NCBI GenBank assembly: GCA_951406725.2
Contig: OX597820.1
Span: 23,126,001-23,190,000 of the forward strand
Length of the DNA: 64,000 nucleotides
Source of the DNA: Octopus vulgaris
Lineage: Eukaryota
Direction of reading: 5' to 3'
In this document: positions 11,276-24,822 of the stretch, in pieces
How the letters are laid out: the number at the start of each line of letters is the position of its first letter
Position numbering within the stretch: the stretch's first letter is position 1
Notes under the pieces: generated by a model
The model's database searches: none
What the model was told of the DNA's origin: nothing
What the model saw: only the letters and a program-made list of their open reading frames with translations
Made by a program: the position numbers and the translations under genes

Positions 11276-11924
11276 GTGAATTCTATTTTGGCAACAACAC
11301 TAGCAAAGGACTTCCAAAGAATACACACGTAAAAATTGATCGTTTCCGAAAGTAAAGATTAGATTTGGGTCAAGAAACCGGGTTACTTTCACTCCAGTAT
11401 ATTCCAATATACAAAACTTAAAGAAAAAAAAAAGAAAGAAAAAAAAAGACAACGACAAAAAGTGTGGCCATTGAAAGTCAGTGGTGAAATCGGAGACTAT
11501 AATTCTGTATAACCAAAAGGTAAAAATAGCTTCAATTCACTATCGGTTCACAGCTGATGAAACAAGCATCAGAATTCTGCTTTGTCTGTTTAACCAATTT
11601 CTTTTACAGCTGTTGGCTTGCATCATTTATTTAGTTGCTAGCTGGCCTAGTATCATCGTTCTTCTTCTTCTTCTTCTTCATCATTCTTATTTTATTTCTT
11701 TTCTTTAGTTTCCATCAAACATTCACCACCTCGTTTCATAGACCCGGATCAATAAAATATTGTTTTATACACACACGCACAAACACACACACACTCAAAT
11801 GTTCAAAATATGAAGAGAGAAAGTGAATGGAAATGTAAGAAATTTATCTAATTGGAGTCTGAGTTTAAGGTGCTGGACAATTGGTCAAACAGTCATGGAA
11901 ATTAGACCTAGCTACTGCCATTGA

Positions 11925-12070
11925 AGATGATGATGATAACGATGATGATGATGTTATGACGATAACAATGATAACACTGCTGTTGATAATGATAATTATG
12001 ACAATGATGATGATACTGCTGTTGTTGATGATGATGATGATGAGGAGGAGGAGGAGGAGGAGGATAATGA
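11925..12070. repeat. (GAT)n/(GAG)n trinucleotide low-complexity tract
   Basis: Directly visible. Confidence 0.85.
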
Positions 12071-13270
12071 CATCTGAGCAGCTTAACTAATTATAGAAGT
12101 TCTTTTCATTTTCTATGAAATAACTGTTCTTGTTTTGGACTGACCTGACCTGAGGTCAAGTCCGGACAATACATGACCCAAGAGGTTCAGCCATGATCAT
12201 ACCACCATGTTTTCAGGAATAGTACATCTAGGATCACATCATCCAATGAGTCCTTCGTTTTATAACATTGTAGGGTGGCAATTCAAGGGAGGTTTGGCTG
12301 CAATTTCTAGCATAGACAGCCTTTTGACCTTCCTATTCTGACTCAGCAGAATATCAAAGATGTGACAGCTGAAGAAGAGAGGAGGCTGCACCAGCAGTTG
12401 ATTGGTGCAGGTTTTCAGCTGGACAGATTGGTACAATAAGAAATGAAGCTTCTTGTTCAAATCATAATTGCTATTTCTTCAACAAATGTCTAGAATTTCA
12501 AACCTGTCTCTTGCAATCAACTTTACTAGTTAAATTAACTCTGCACATTAAATGAACTAGACTCAGCGTTTTTTTATCTGTGGAAGTGTTTGATGTGTTC
12601 AACTCTGTGAGGAGTGACGCGCATTTATTATCTAGCATTTTGGGCTCTTGTTCTTTGACTAAGAGTGAGAACTGGTTTTATGGGTTTGATGTGGACAAAG
12701 AAAATGATGGAAGTATTAAAATGAAAGAATGAGAAAACAGTGAGAGAGAGAGGGAGGGGGAGAGAGAAAGGGTAGTAGGAAAGGGTCATTGAGGTAAATG
12801 AAGGGAGAGGGGGTGATGAAAGTAATGGGAATGATATAAAGGAAGGTGGAAAGAAGAGAGAAGTGGTGTGAGATGAATGAAGGGGAGGAAGCTACAATTG
12901 GAGAGGGAAGGTAGGAAGAATCAATGTTTTGTGAGCCAGGCAGAAGGTAAAATGGAGGTGGTAGGAGGGACTGCAAGTAAAAAGAGTGGGAGGCAAAGAC
13001 CAACAGCTCTCACAATATATTGTAAAAAATTTCAGAAAAAGCACTCACATGACTTAATTAATAGAGGTGGGATGATGTGGAGAATGAGGTGGGAGGACCA
13101 GAGATAAAGAAGTGGTGTGAACAGAGTGTGAGGTTTAAGAATAGAGATAGACACTCAATTCCTATGTTTCAAAGTCCTACACAAGCAGCAATTAAAGGAG
13201 ATGGTTATAAACCAGGAAATATTACAAGACATGGTATTACATCAAATAAATAGCGTTGGTGGTACATTAC

Positions 13271-13522
13271 CGTTCCTTGCTCACTGCTTCTAGAGATTGA
13301 TTTCTCAAACTGGTTGCTCTGTATGAGTTGAACCACTTGTTCCCGGTACTTCTGCATTATTAGTTCCAGGGCACTTTGGTGCTCTTCAAGACACAGCCGC
13401 AGTTCCTGATTTTCATGCTGTAGGTCACGAATCTGTCGGTTTTCCTGTGCTATTTCTAGAACTAAAGTGGATCGTGGTCGATGACGAGCTATTTCATTCA
13501 GCTCAGTTATACCGTCATGATA
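13271..13522 (-). CDS. FGFR1OP2: FGFR1OP2/SIKE homolog, coding exon 2 (84 codons)
   Basis: YHDGITELNEIARHRPRSTLVLEIAQENRQIRDLQHENQELRLCLEEHQSALELIMQKYREQ... contains the family hallmarks RHRPRSTLV and LEEHQSALELIM.KYREQ. Acceptor ctgcag, donor GTAATG, phase 0/0. Confidence 0.96.
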
Positions 13523-14202
13523 CTGCAGAGAGAAAAAGTAGAAATAATATTTTAGGATTAATTGGAACAAAGAAATCAATACAATAAGTTCTACATATGG
13601 AAAACACTAATTGCAACAAGCCAACAAGTGGTGGAGGTGAGGGTGGTGGTGTCCCTATGTAGTTGCCCTGCCTGCAAGAAATAGCAACAAAATTTCACTC
13701 AAATTGCAACAAACAGTTTTGGGAGAAGGAAGGATACAATGAGTAACATAATCTTAGACATGCACCTAAACAGATGGAATAGTCATGGCTGGAATGTCTT
13801 AGGACATAACTATGTTCAGTCAGGCTGACTTGGCACCAAACAACTAGTCATGTTGCTCAACCTGACAGCCACACACACACACTCCTATATTTCAAAGAGG
13901 GCATGATCCCTTTCACATACATATATACACACAATGGAATTTCCATCTACCACATTTATTCACGAGGTTTTGGTTGACCTGAGGCTATAGTAGAAGACAC
14001 TTGCCTAAGGTACTGTGCAGTAGGATTGAACCCAAAACACAACAGACTTCTTTCAGTTTCTCTCCACCAAAACCACCACTCAGTAGAAAACACTTGCCCA
14101 AGGTGCTACACAGTGGGACTGAACCTGAAATCATGTGGTTAGGAACCAAACTTCTTAACCACATACTCATGTCTCTACCTATGCAGCCACATAATGCATT
14201 AA

Positions 14203-14407
14203 CCCTTTCGTTACCAACCTGGCTCTTTAGTATAAATGACTTGTTTTCATAAGTTTTGAATTCAAATCTTCCACCAGATCTTAGTCATAATTTATGTTCC
14301 TAACACTAGCTTAATGATAATGATATTATTTTACTAAATTCTTTGTTATATTTAAAATAATTGGAAGAAACACAAAGCATCTTAAAATAAATACAATAAC
14401 GAAAGGG
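14203..14407. mobile_element. piggyBac-type MITE
   Basis: TTAA|CCCTTTCGTTA ... TAACGAAAGGG|TTAA. A related older inverted copy lies at about 24126-24355. Confidence 0.85.
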
Positions 14408-15744
14408 TTAAAATATCCAGTTTCACAGATACTAGTTTGACTGTTTCCCAGTTTAAAAATAACAAAATCAAATTTAAGGGCTTGTATGACCTTCTATGAT
14501 TACCCTTCTGGCAGAAGCAATCCTGTTCTCAAGAATGAAATGTTAATAAATTTTAGATTTGGATTTTTTAAATTTAATCTTTATTCTATAGATGCAATGT
14601 TTCTTCAATATATTTTGCAGGGGTAAACTTTTTGATCTTTTATAAAATAATTTACATTTCAGTTCATGCCATACTTCGTGTTACATTCATCTAAATTTTA
14701 TATTCAAACAATCTTATATTCAACAATTTTATATTCAAACAGTAACGTGACCCGCAGCAGATATCACCACTGCTACAGATTGAGAGCAGACCTTGTAGCA
14801 TGCTTGTCAGAGATGATTTACTGAACAAGAAAAGTCAATGTTGACCTATGATGGACAGCCAGAGAAGATATTTAAGCAATGGCTTAGTCTCAAAAAGGAT
14901 GTGTGTGTATCTAAGAGTACTTTTTAAAAAGGTCATTATTTAAGTTGTGTTAGATATTCATCTTTTAATTTTAACTTAATGTACTTCAGACTTTTCAACT
15001 GATAAACGAAATTCCGGGCTTTCTCTTAGAGTATTTTTATATTTTATATCTTTTACTTTACATACTTTTGATAGAAACAGCCTCAATCACTCCATTCCCA
15101 CCCTCTCTTCTAAAATGTGAGCAGTCATGTAGCTTCTCTACAGCAAGAAACCTGTTCTGCTCTGGTCCCTTCTCTCATACTTTAACCCATCTTTTATCCC
15201 TCATCTCCTAGCATAAAGATGCTTCCTTGAGGTTCATAGGTTTGCAAATTGCATGGTGGCCTCACTGGTGGCACAAAAACAATGCCCAATAGTCACTGTA
15301 AAGTGGTTGGAGTTAGGAAGGGCTTCCAGTTATGGAAACCATGCCAAGCGAACACTAGAGTATCATGCAGTCCTGGAGTTCATCAGATTCTGTCAAATCA
15401 TTCAACCCATTCCAGCATGGAACAGAAGCATTAAATGATGATGATGATGTTCCTGAAAAGGTCATGAACAGTAAGGAAAGAACTTTGACTAATAAACAAT
15501 CCATTGATTGGTTAACCAGCACATTAAACAAATGATCAATTAGTCAGTGGGTTAGATATTTAACCAATTGACTAACAATAAAGAAGTGGCATGTGTTATT
15601 ATTATTATTGGTGTAATGACCCTCCTAAGACACAATAAAATCTGTTTCAACATACAAATTCACATCAAGAATCTTGTAAACCAAATAAAAAAATGAAGTA
15701 TGACGATGAGGTTTTATGGTGAAATGTTTGTAACTTATTTAATA

Positions 15745-16277
15745 AATAATGCTCTGCTGGATGAGCAGTGTCAGTGTGTATGTATGACAGAGTTTAGGTG
15801 TCTTAAGAGAAAAATTGAGTATAAAAGGCATCAGATGTAGTGTGCAAGAGAGAAGACTGCACTGGTATGGTCAGGTGATGCGTATAGATGAGGACAGCTG
15901 TGTAAAGTGCTGATCTCTAATTGTCAAGGGAACCTGTGAAAGAGGTGGACCCAAGAAGATGAGGGACGAGGTGGTGAAATATGACTTCAGTTGCTGAGCC
16001 TCATGGAGGCAATAACAGGTGACCAGGACTTCTAGTAACTTGCTGTGCTTGAGAGGACACATCAAGTTAAGTGAAATTGTAGTTGTGGCCAGTGCCGGTG
16101 ACATGTAAAAGACAGCCAGTACACCCATTAAAGTGGTTGGTGTCAAGAAGGGCATCCAGTCATAGAAACCAGGCTAAAATAGATGACTGGAGCCTGGTGC
16201 AGCTTTCCGGCTTACCAGTTCCAGTCAAAGTGTCTAACCCATGCCAGAACGGAAAACAGATGTTAAATGATGATGAA
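15745..16277 (+). mobile_element. Decayed 3' end of the same RTE-like LINE family
   Basis: Alignable by eye to about 940-1260 plus the tail (GCAAGAGAGAAGACTGCACTGGTATGG, GATGATGA). An older copy lies at about 23040-23340. Confidence 0.85.
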
Positions 16278-16721
16278 TATATAACAAAGAACTATAACAG
16301 TATAGCTATAACCTTAAAGCCCTGAACTTTAACAGGATAGAGTGCTATAAAGGTACTTGAAGGAGACTGCATGCTTAAGGTTTTGAATTTTAGGATAATG
16401 CGCTTCATAATGAAGTTAGGAGGAGCACAGCTTGATCAATACTCCTGTCAATCACCTCTGTGTCATTGATCTGCTCAAAGTTATCCAGTGCTATTCACAA
16501 ACTAATATCAGTCATTGACACAAGTTACAGACTGACAATGAAACTGAAATTTAGAATTTAAAAAACAAATTCAAATCAGTAAATCCAGTTTGTTCTTTTA
16601 ATTCCAAGGAACATCCACTTGTTTGTGAAAAAAAAACAGAAACAGTACCATAGCATGGTATTATGGGCAAGTGTTTTTTTTTACTATAGCTCCTGGCTAA
16701 CCAATGCTTGTGAGTGAATTT

Positions 16722-16952
16722 GGCAGCGAGCTGGCAGAAACGTTAGCACGCCAGGCAAAATGCTCAGTGGTATTTCATCTGCCATTACGTTCTGAGTTCA
16801 AATTCCGCCGAGGTCAACTTTACCTTTCATCCTTTCGGGGTCGATTAATTAAGTACCAGTTACACACTGAGATCGATGTAATCGACTTAATCCATTTGTC
16901 TGTCCTTGTTTGTCCCCTCTGTGTTTAGCCCCTTGTGGGTAGTAAAGAAATA
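16722..16952 (+). mobile_element. SINE family B nested in a family A SINE (about 16650-17215)
   Basis: Consensus match; TSD-like GAATTTGG on both sides. Confidence 0.85.
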
Positions 16953-17234
16953 GAATTTGGTTGACAGAAATAGGAGGAAGCCTGTTGCGTGTGTGCGTGT
17001 GTCTTTGGATGGGTTATGTTTGTCACCCAAGCACTTGATAACCACTATTGGTTTGTTGATATCTCTGTAACTTAAGGGGTCTGGAAAAAGTGACTGATAG
17101 ATTGAGTACCAGAATTAAAAATAAGTAGTGGGGTCAGTTTATTTGACTAAACACCTTCAAAGCACTGTCCCAGGATGGGCTGCAGTCCAATGATTAAAAC
17201 AAGTAAAAAGAAAAAGAAAACAAAAGATATTTAC

Positions 17235-17369
17235 CCTTTTCATAGCATCAATCTGATTATGCAGGGCATTGGTACTTTCCATTAATGTATTGGCTAAAGA
17301 ATCATGATCTTTTAGTCGTGTTACAAGCAAACGGGCATCAGCAAGCAGCTTCTCAAAACTCATCTTCAT
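17235..17369 (-). CDS. FGFR1OP2: FGFR1 oncogene partner 2 / SIKE-family homolog, coding exon 1 (45 codons)
   Basis: MKMSFEKLLADARLLVTRLKDHDSLANTLMESTNALHNQIDAMKR resembles the FGFR1OP2 N-terminus (EKALADAKALVERLRDHD...AMKQ). Acceptor tttag is 2 nt before the ATG (exon begins 17371), and donor GTAAAT starts at 17234, phase 0. Confidence 0.93.
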
Positions 17370-17748
17370 GCCTAAAGTAAATGAATAAAAAAAGAACACA
17401 TAAATATTTTTTTTTTAAATATCGATCAAATATTGTTAAAAGTTTGTGTATGTCATCCAATCATTGCATGTGGGATAATTATGGATGGAAAACATGGTTA
17501 TGTAGTTAAGAGGTTTGCTTCCCAACCATGTGATTTCTGGTTCAATCCCACAGCATTACACCTTGGATTAGTGTGTTACACAAAAGCCCCTGGTTGACCA
17601 GTGCCTTGTGAGTGAATTTGGTAAATGGAAACTGTGTGGAAGCACATCATGTATACATCTTTATGTGTGTCTCTTTCTGTCTGCACTTCACACCACTTGA
17701 CAAAAAAGACCAATAGAAAAAGCGCTAGACTTAAAAAACCAGCTGAAG

Positions 17749-17788
<40 letters not shown>

Positions 17789-18841
17789 TCACATATATAT
17801 ATGTATGTATGTACGTACGTGTATATATATGTGTGTGTGTGTGTATGTGTGTGTTTTTAAGTATGTGTTTGTCCCCACAACATCGCTTGACCGATGCTGG
17901 TGAGTTTATGTCCCCATAACATAGCGGTTCAGCAAGAGACCGATAAAATAAGTACTAGGCTTACAAAAAATAAGTCCTGGGGTCGATTTGCTTGACTAAA
18001 GGCAGTGCTCCAGCATGGCCACAGTCAAATGACTGAAAGAAATAAAAGAAAAAAGAATATATACATATATATATGTAGAGAGAGAGAGAGAGAAAGAGAG
18101 AGAGACGGACAGATAGACAAAGACAGAGTACGCTTGCATATGCAGTCCTGCACCCACTTTGCACTCTTAATATATGCTCCATTAATTAAAATGTGATTTA
18201 GTGGTTTGAGTTCCTGATGGCTGGCATGACTGTGAAGATTATAAGACTATCAAGGAAGTTGCTCTATGCTGTTGATAAAAATATAGTGTTGTAGTACAAA
18301 AGGAAGACTGTGTGATACATATATGTGTGTATATATACGCATACATACACACACACACATACATTTATACACACATATGTGTGAGTCTGTGTGTGTACAA
18401 ATATGTGTGTGTGTGTGTGTGTGTATAAATATATGTTATTTGTATTAAAGTGGTGTGCCACAATAAATAGTTCATTGTAATACAGCACTTTAAATATAAT
18501 GTAGTCATCACAGAATCTGTATTTTCTACTGGAATATTACAGAGTAAATTTAAAAGGTTCTTTATTGTAGATAGTAACTCCTGAGCAGAACAAAATCTGA
18601 ACAAGAATTGGATTTGGATTTCCATAATAGATGTGAGAGAGAGACAGGGAATCATAAGTAAATTATGTAAATTGGTTTGGAGTCTGATTAAAAAAATATA
18701 AGAATTTTAGACTGCGGAAAATAAAGAAAAAAAAAAGTATTCTTGTAAAACTCATGAATAGAGTGGATGCGTGCGTGGGTGGGTTGGGGGTTGGTGGAAC
18801 AAACAGGAGAAATAAAACTCAGTGCATACTCTCACTTCTAC

Positions 18842-19248
18842 TCTTTTACTTGTTTCAGTCATTTCACTGTGGCCATGCTGGAGCACCGCCTTTAGCCGAG
18901 CAAATCGACCCCAGGACTTATTCTTTGTAAGCCTAGTACTTATTCTATCGGTCTCTTTTGCCGAACCACTAAGTTACGGGGACGTAAAAACACCAGCATT
19001 GGTTGTCAAGTGATGTTTGGGGGGTGGGGGGCAAACACAGACTCACAAACATATACACACACATACATATATATATTCATATATACGACGGGCTTCTTTA
19101 AGTTTCTGTCTACCAAATCCACTCACAAGGCTTTGGTCGGCCTGAGGCTATAGTAGAAGACACTTGCCCAAGGTGCCATGCAGTGAGAATGAATGCAGAA
19201 CCATGTGGTTGGTAAGCAAGCTACTTACCACACAGTCACTCCTACACC
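18842..19248 (-). mobile_element. SINE family A copy
   Basis: Full-length reverse-complement match. Confidence 0.9.
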
Positions 19249-19735
19249 TATAGAATATGAGTATATGTACGTTTTTTTTAAAAATTTTATTCAGCAGAAA
19301 GTTACATGAGTGACTCAAAGCCAGTGAGATTAATGCATTATAAAACTCACAGCCTTAAGTCCTCCAGTCGCTTTTGTAACTCACTGCTAATTAAAAAATA
19401 ATGAAAATCACCATACAACACTCCCTGCCACCACGACATATAATGTGTGTGTGTGTGTGTAAAGGTGCATGGCTAAATGGTTAGGTTATTTGGCTTGTGA
19501 CTGTAAGGCCTAGAGTTCAATCCCTGGTTGTGAATTGTCCTTAAGCAAGACCTTTTATTTCTTGTTACTACAGTCCATTCAGCTGACAAAATTGAGTAGT
19601 ACTTGTATTTCAAAGGACCAGCCTTGTCACATTCTGTGTCACACTGAATCATTAACTTCAAGAGCAGGTCGTTTCACTGATTGGGTCAGATTGGTTACAT
19701 TGTCATTGTAACCGATGGAATGCCGAGTGGTTATA

Positions 19736-20197
19736 GGCGCAGGAGTGGCTGTGTGGTAAGAAGCTTGCTTCCCAACCACATGGTTCTGGGTTCAGTCCCG
19801 CCGCGTGGACAAGTGTCCTCTAGTATAGACTTGGGCCTACCAAAGCCTTGTGAGTGGATTTGGTAGACGGAAACTGAAAGAAGCTTGTCGTATATATATG
19901 TATGTGTGTGTGTATGTTTGTCCCCCTACCATTGCCTGACAACTGATGTTGGTGTGTTTATGTCCCCATAACTTAGTAGTTCGTCGAAAAGAGACCAACA
20001 GAATAAGTACTAAGCTTACAAAGAATAAATCCTGGGGTCGATTTGCTTGACTAAAGGTGATGCTTCAGTATGGCCGTAGTCAGATGACTGAAACACGTAA
20101 AAGAAATTGACCCCAGGATTTATTCTTTGTAAGCTTAGTACTTATTCTATCGGTCTCTTTTGTCAAAGTGCTAAGTTACAGGGACATAAACACAGAT

Positions 20198-20257
<60 letters not shown>

Positions 20258-20410
20258 TTCTTTCAGTTTCCATCTACCAATCCAGTCACAAGGCTTTGGT
20301 CGGCCCAAGGCTATAGTGGAAGACACTTCCCCTTGGTACTATGTAGTGGGACTGAACCTGCAACCATGAGGCTGGGAAGCAAGCTTCTTACAACACAGCC
20401 ACTCCTGTGC
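19736..20410. mobile_element. Two abutting family A SINEs, tail-to-tail (19736-20105 +, 20106-20410 -)
   Basis: Heads at both outer ends; inverted shared tail segment. Confidence 0.88.
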
Positions 20411-21044
20411 TTAAAAATGTGTGTGTGTGTGTATTTTCACTAGTCTTATGTTTCTCTGAATATTGTTCTTTTGATATTTGAAGTTGCCTAGATTTTGTCT
20501 TCTCTACGAAATACTCATACATCATCTTCAATGGGGTATTCCACCATATGTTTATATATATATATATATATATGGAGAGAGAGAGAGAGAGAGAGGGAGA
20601 TGAAAGTCCTAATTTCAGTATCGGGTTATCCTTGTTCTCTTTATACTCTGTTTACACTCAAGTCTTTGCATTCAAGTATGTGTGTGTCTGTGTATTTGTG
20701 TCCATGTGTTTGTGTGTGCGCACATGCATGTGTGATTTTAGAAATTATTGATTGCTTTAGATTTTTGGCACAAAGCCAACACAAATTCAGGAGAAGGGGG
20801 TTAGTCGATTACATCGACCCCCGGTACTTGACTGAAAGCATGCAAAGGAAAGGGGTGAGGTGGGGTGGAGTGGGGCGGGGTAGAATTATGGATTTAATCG
20901 ATTCTTGTTTAATTTTGTCCATCAACATTTGGTTTTAATTTCTGCTAAATTCTTACTCAAAATTTCATCCACCTGAGTCTGTTGACGTAGCAGTAATACA
21001 TTGTGTAAATATAGGCCACCCATCCTCCCCACCACCCTCTCTCT

Positions 21045-21396
21045 CTCTTTTACTTGTTACAGTCATTTGACTGTGGCTATGCTGGAGCACCACCTTTAGT
21101 CGAGCAAATTGACCCCAGGACTTATTCTTTATAAGCCTAGTACTTATTCTATTGGTCTCTTTTGCCGAAACGCTAAGTTACAGGGACTTAAACACACCAG
21201 CATCGGTTGTCTAGCGATGTTGGGGGGGGGGGGGACAAACACACATATATATACATATTCATATATACGACGGGCTTCTTTCAATTTCCATCTACCAAAT
21301 CCTCTCACAAGGCTTTGATCGGCCTGTGGCTATAGTAGAGAACACTTACCATGTGGTTGGCAAGCAAGCTACTTACCACACAGCCACTCCCGCGCC
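21045..21396 (-). mobile_element. SINE family A copy with internal deletion
   Basis: Reverse-complement match. Confidence 0.85.
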
Positions 21397-22049
21397 TATG
21401 TATTTTTTGTATTTTATTTGCTTTGTTCAACTGAAATCTTTACATACATTCAGAAAACTACACACTCATAAAACACATAAATATACTCAGACACACAGGA
21501 ACATACATACATATCAGATCAGGCCTGTGAGTTGAGCAAGGTATCAACCAGACAGAAAGTGATATAGTGATGGTATGGTACAGTAGGCAGAGTCATAAAG
21601 CCTCAGAGACATACCCAGAAAGAGTAGAAGAAAGTGGGGAATAGGGATCAGCATCTAGTAACCACAAAAGAAGTGAGATGTTACATGTAGCATGGAGAGA
21701 AACTGAGAATAAGAAGTTTGCTAATATTCTTCAACATGATGTATTTCAGAATGCAAAGCAGGTGTTGTTGGGGAAAAGTGTGTTGACAATGACAGTGGCA
21801 CACTTGCCATCACCAACAGCAGCCGTCCAAGAATTTGGACTTGGAGATCACTATTTCCAGCGACTTCGAGGGCCATCTCCCAGTGGTGTCAGGCATCAAC
21901 GAAGAGCCCTCGACTACAAGACGACCAAGGTTTGGGGTCTCCTGCCCCAAAGCCCTAGACCATCACCTAATCACCCTTACACGTCTTGTTGCTTAACAAC
22001 AACAACAACAAAATCACCAACAGCAAAGAGAAAATGGCATGGAAATTAT

Positions 22050-22680
22050 AATGAAATTATTGTATACAGTGCTCAGGTGCATCACAACTTGTCAAAAGTG
22101 CGTATAAAGCATTTGCAGTAATGTACAAATGTCTGGGAAATGTACAGTGTATGAGTCAGATACATGCTTGCGTGTTCATGGAGGGGAGAAAATCAGGTGT
22201 AGTGTTGGCGAGTCTCAGGAAGCATGGAAGTTTTGAAGGATGCAGTGCTCCGACAACTAACAACTGATGCTGGCAGTTTGTTCTATGCTACAGCAACTCT
22301 CAGCATGAAAAAATGTTTCTGAAAGTCATGGGAACTGTGCAGTTTTCTGACTTTGTAAACATGTCCACAGGTGTTAGACAGGTGGAGTTTGAAAAGGTGC
22401 TCAGAGTTATTGTTAGTAAGATGGTTAATAATTTTATGGGTGTCTGCCAAGTCAGCTGCCAGATGTCGGAATTTCAATGTATCCATACCCAGGGAAATAA
22501 GGCGTTCAGAATATGCAAATGCCTGATGGAGGGTATTCTCTTGGTTGCACGTCGCTGAACGGTTTCCAGACGATTAATATCCTGGGCAAGATAGGGGTTC
22601 CAGACCAGTGATGCAAATTCCAGGTGAGGCCGCACCATAGCTATATAAAGCCTCAGATAGATAGCCGGAGAGCGGCTATG
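22050..22680 (-). mobile_element. CR1/L2-group LINE 3' fragment
   Basis: Minus-strand translation gives LYIAMVRPHLEFASLVWNPYLAQDINRLETVQRRATKRI and ...GHVYKV...HFFMLRV...NKLP. The same 3' terminus (CACCTGAGCACTGTATACAATAAT) also occurs at about 45640-45667. Confidence 0.85.
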
Positions 22681-24439
22681 TTACTATGAGAAGCTGTTGA
22701 ATGGAAACGTGTGGGAAAGTGGTTATTGAAGTTGACAGCTGTACAGTGGAAAGTATGATTAACAATTAATGACTTAATAGCAACAAAAGCAAATGGATCA
22801 TCAGAAATAGTTGTTTAAATGCAGGTGAAGTAGGGCATATGTTAGTCACTTGTATTGTCAATCAATTAATACAGGGAGGTACCAAATCCAATGACTGGTG
22901 TAGCAGTATCATCATCAACTGCAACAACAGAAAAGGAAATGTTCTAGAAAGTTATTAAATTAAAAAGAAATATAGCATGAGTGATTAGCGAGGGATCTAG
23001 CTTAGAGGTGATGCAGCTTACAGTTTAGAGAGCCATCACTTCTTCTGGTGATAAAGAAACCCTCGACTCTCACATGCTTTCTTTGAGTAAAGAGCTGGGG
23101 AGATTGTAAGATGCTGTGCATGAAGTATGATGTTGCAAGATTGTGAAACATGGTCTTTGAATGTAGAGGGTGTGCAAAATCTGGAGAGTAAAATGAAGCA
23201 AGCTTGCTTCATTTGTGTAATGTAAGTATGTATGAACAATGAAGTACAATGAGCTGAGGCAAAAACTACATGCAAGAGGATTTTAAATGTAAAGTGCAAG
23301 ACAAGAGAGTGCTCTGGCATGGACATGTGATGATTATGAAGGATGACCCAACTGTCATCATCATCATCATTTTCAAGCGGAAGCTAAATGATGATGATGA
23401 TGACAGTAGGGTAAAGAAGTGCTGAGAAATATAAAAGGAAGAAACTTAGAGAAGAAGAAGACCAAATAAGACATGGGAAGAAGAAGTGATGAAAGTAGAT
23501 CTCAAGATGCTGCATGCCACAAAGGTGATGACAAATAACAGTGACATATAGTGGGATGTGGAGGCTAAGAAAACCCTTCCAACCAATGGAAACATAGAAA
23601 AACATATGCTACAAATGATGATGGTGATCATTTGTTTCTAATTTAAAACAGCTTCTTTTATGTTTTACTTGTTTCATTTATTGGACCATGGCCATGTTGG
23701 GGCACTACCTAGAAAAGTTTAGTTGCACAAATTGACTCAGTACTTACTTTTTAGGTCTCTTTTGCCAATATTCTATGTTACAGGGATGTAAACAAACCAA
23801 CACCAGTGGTCAAGTGGAAGGGACAAACAGGCACAATGACCCCAGCCCACACACACATATGACAGGCTTCCACACAATTTCCATCTAGCAAATTCATTTA
23901 GAAGGCATTGAGCCAGGGCTATAGTAGAAGATATTTGCCGAAGGTGCCATGCAGTGGGACTGAAACCGAAACCATGCATTTGCAAAGAGAGCTTCTTATC
24001 CACACAGCCATGTTTGCGCATGCACACATTCATGTAAACATATTTTATAATTTTGCTTCTCTTTTCTATTTTTAATAAAAAATCTGACTTCATTCACAGA
24101 TATATCATATTTTGATTGCTTCTCTTAACCCATTCATCACCATATTTCTGTGGAAATACAGAGTTTTTACTTCAATTAATTTTGAAAATCCTGAAGAATT
24201 TAGTAAAATAATTTTGTTATTATATTAAACTGGTATTTGGAATATAAATTACCACAAAATCTTGATTGATGGTTTTAATTTAGAACACTTTAAAACAGAA
24301 GATTTGTATTAGAGAACCAGGGGCAGTTTCAGTTGGGTTGGTATTGAAAGGGTTAATACCATCATCACTACCATCTGTTTTCAGATAAACTTTTCTAAAG
24401 AAATACATTAAATTATATTGTACTGTGGATTCTTTTATT

Positions 24440-24822
24440 CTTTTATTTGTTTCAGTCATTTGACTGCAGCCATGCTGGAGCACCGCCTTTAGTTGTGCAA
24501 ATCGACCCCAGAACTTATTCTTTGTAAGCCTACTACTAATTCTATTGGTCTCTTTTGCTGAACCACAAAGTCATGGGGACATAAACACACCAACATCGGT
24601 TGTCAAGCGATGATGGGGGGACAAACACAGACACACAAGCATAAACATACACACACACAAACACACACATATGACGGGCTTCTTTCAGTTTCCAAATCCA
24701 CTCACAAGGCTTTGGCCAGCCCAAGGCTATAGTAGAAGACATTTGCCCAAGGTGACATGCAGTTGGACTGAACCCAGAACCATGTGGCTGGTAAGCAAGC
24801 TACTTACCACACAGCCACTCCT
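24440..24822 (-). mobile_element. SINE family A copy (older copies adjacent at about 23660-24015 - and 24960-25275 +)
   Basis: Reverse-complement match. Confidence 0.88.

Noticed and set aside
10852-11355. S/L/P/F-rich and E/R/K/G-rich ORFs
   Set aside because: Translations of the polypurine tract.
11881-12090. Poly-D/M/R ORF
   Set aside because: Trinucleotide repeat with no splice or homology support.
21678-22121. 147-aa ORF
   Set aside because: No recognisable domain; it runs into the antisense strand of a CR1-type LINE tail.
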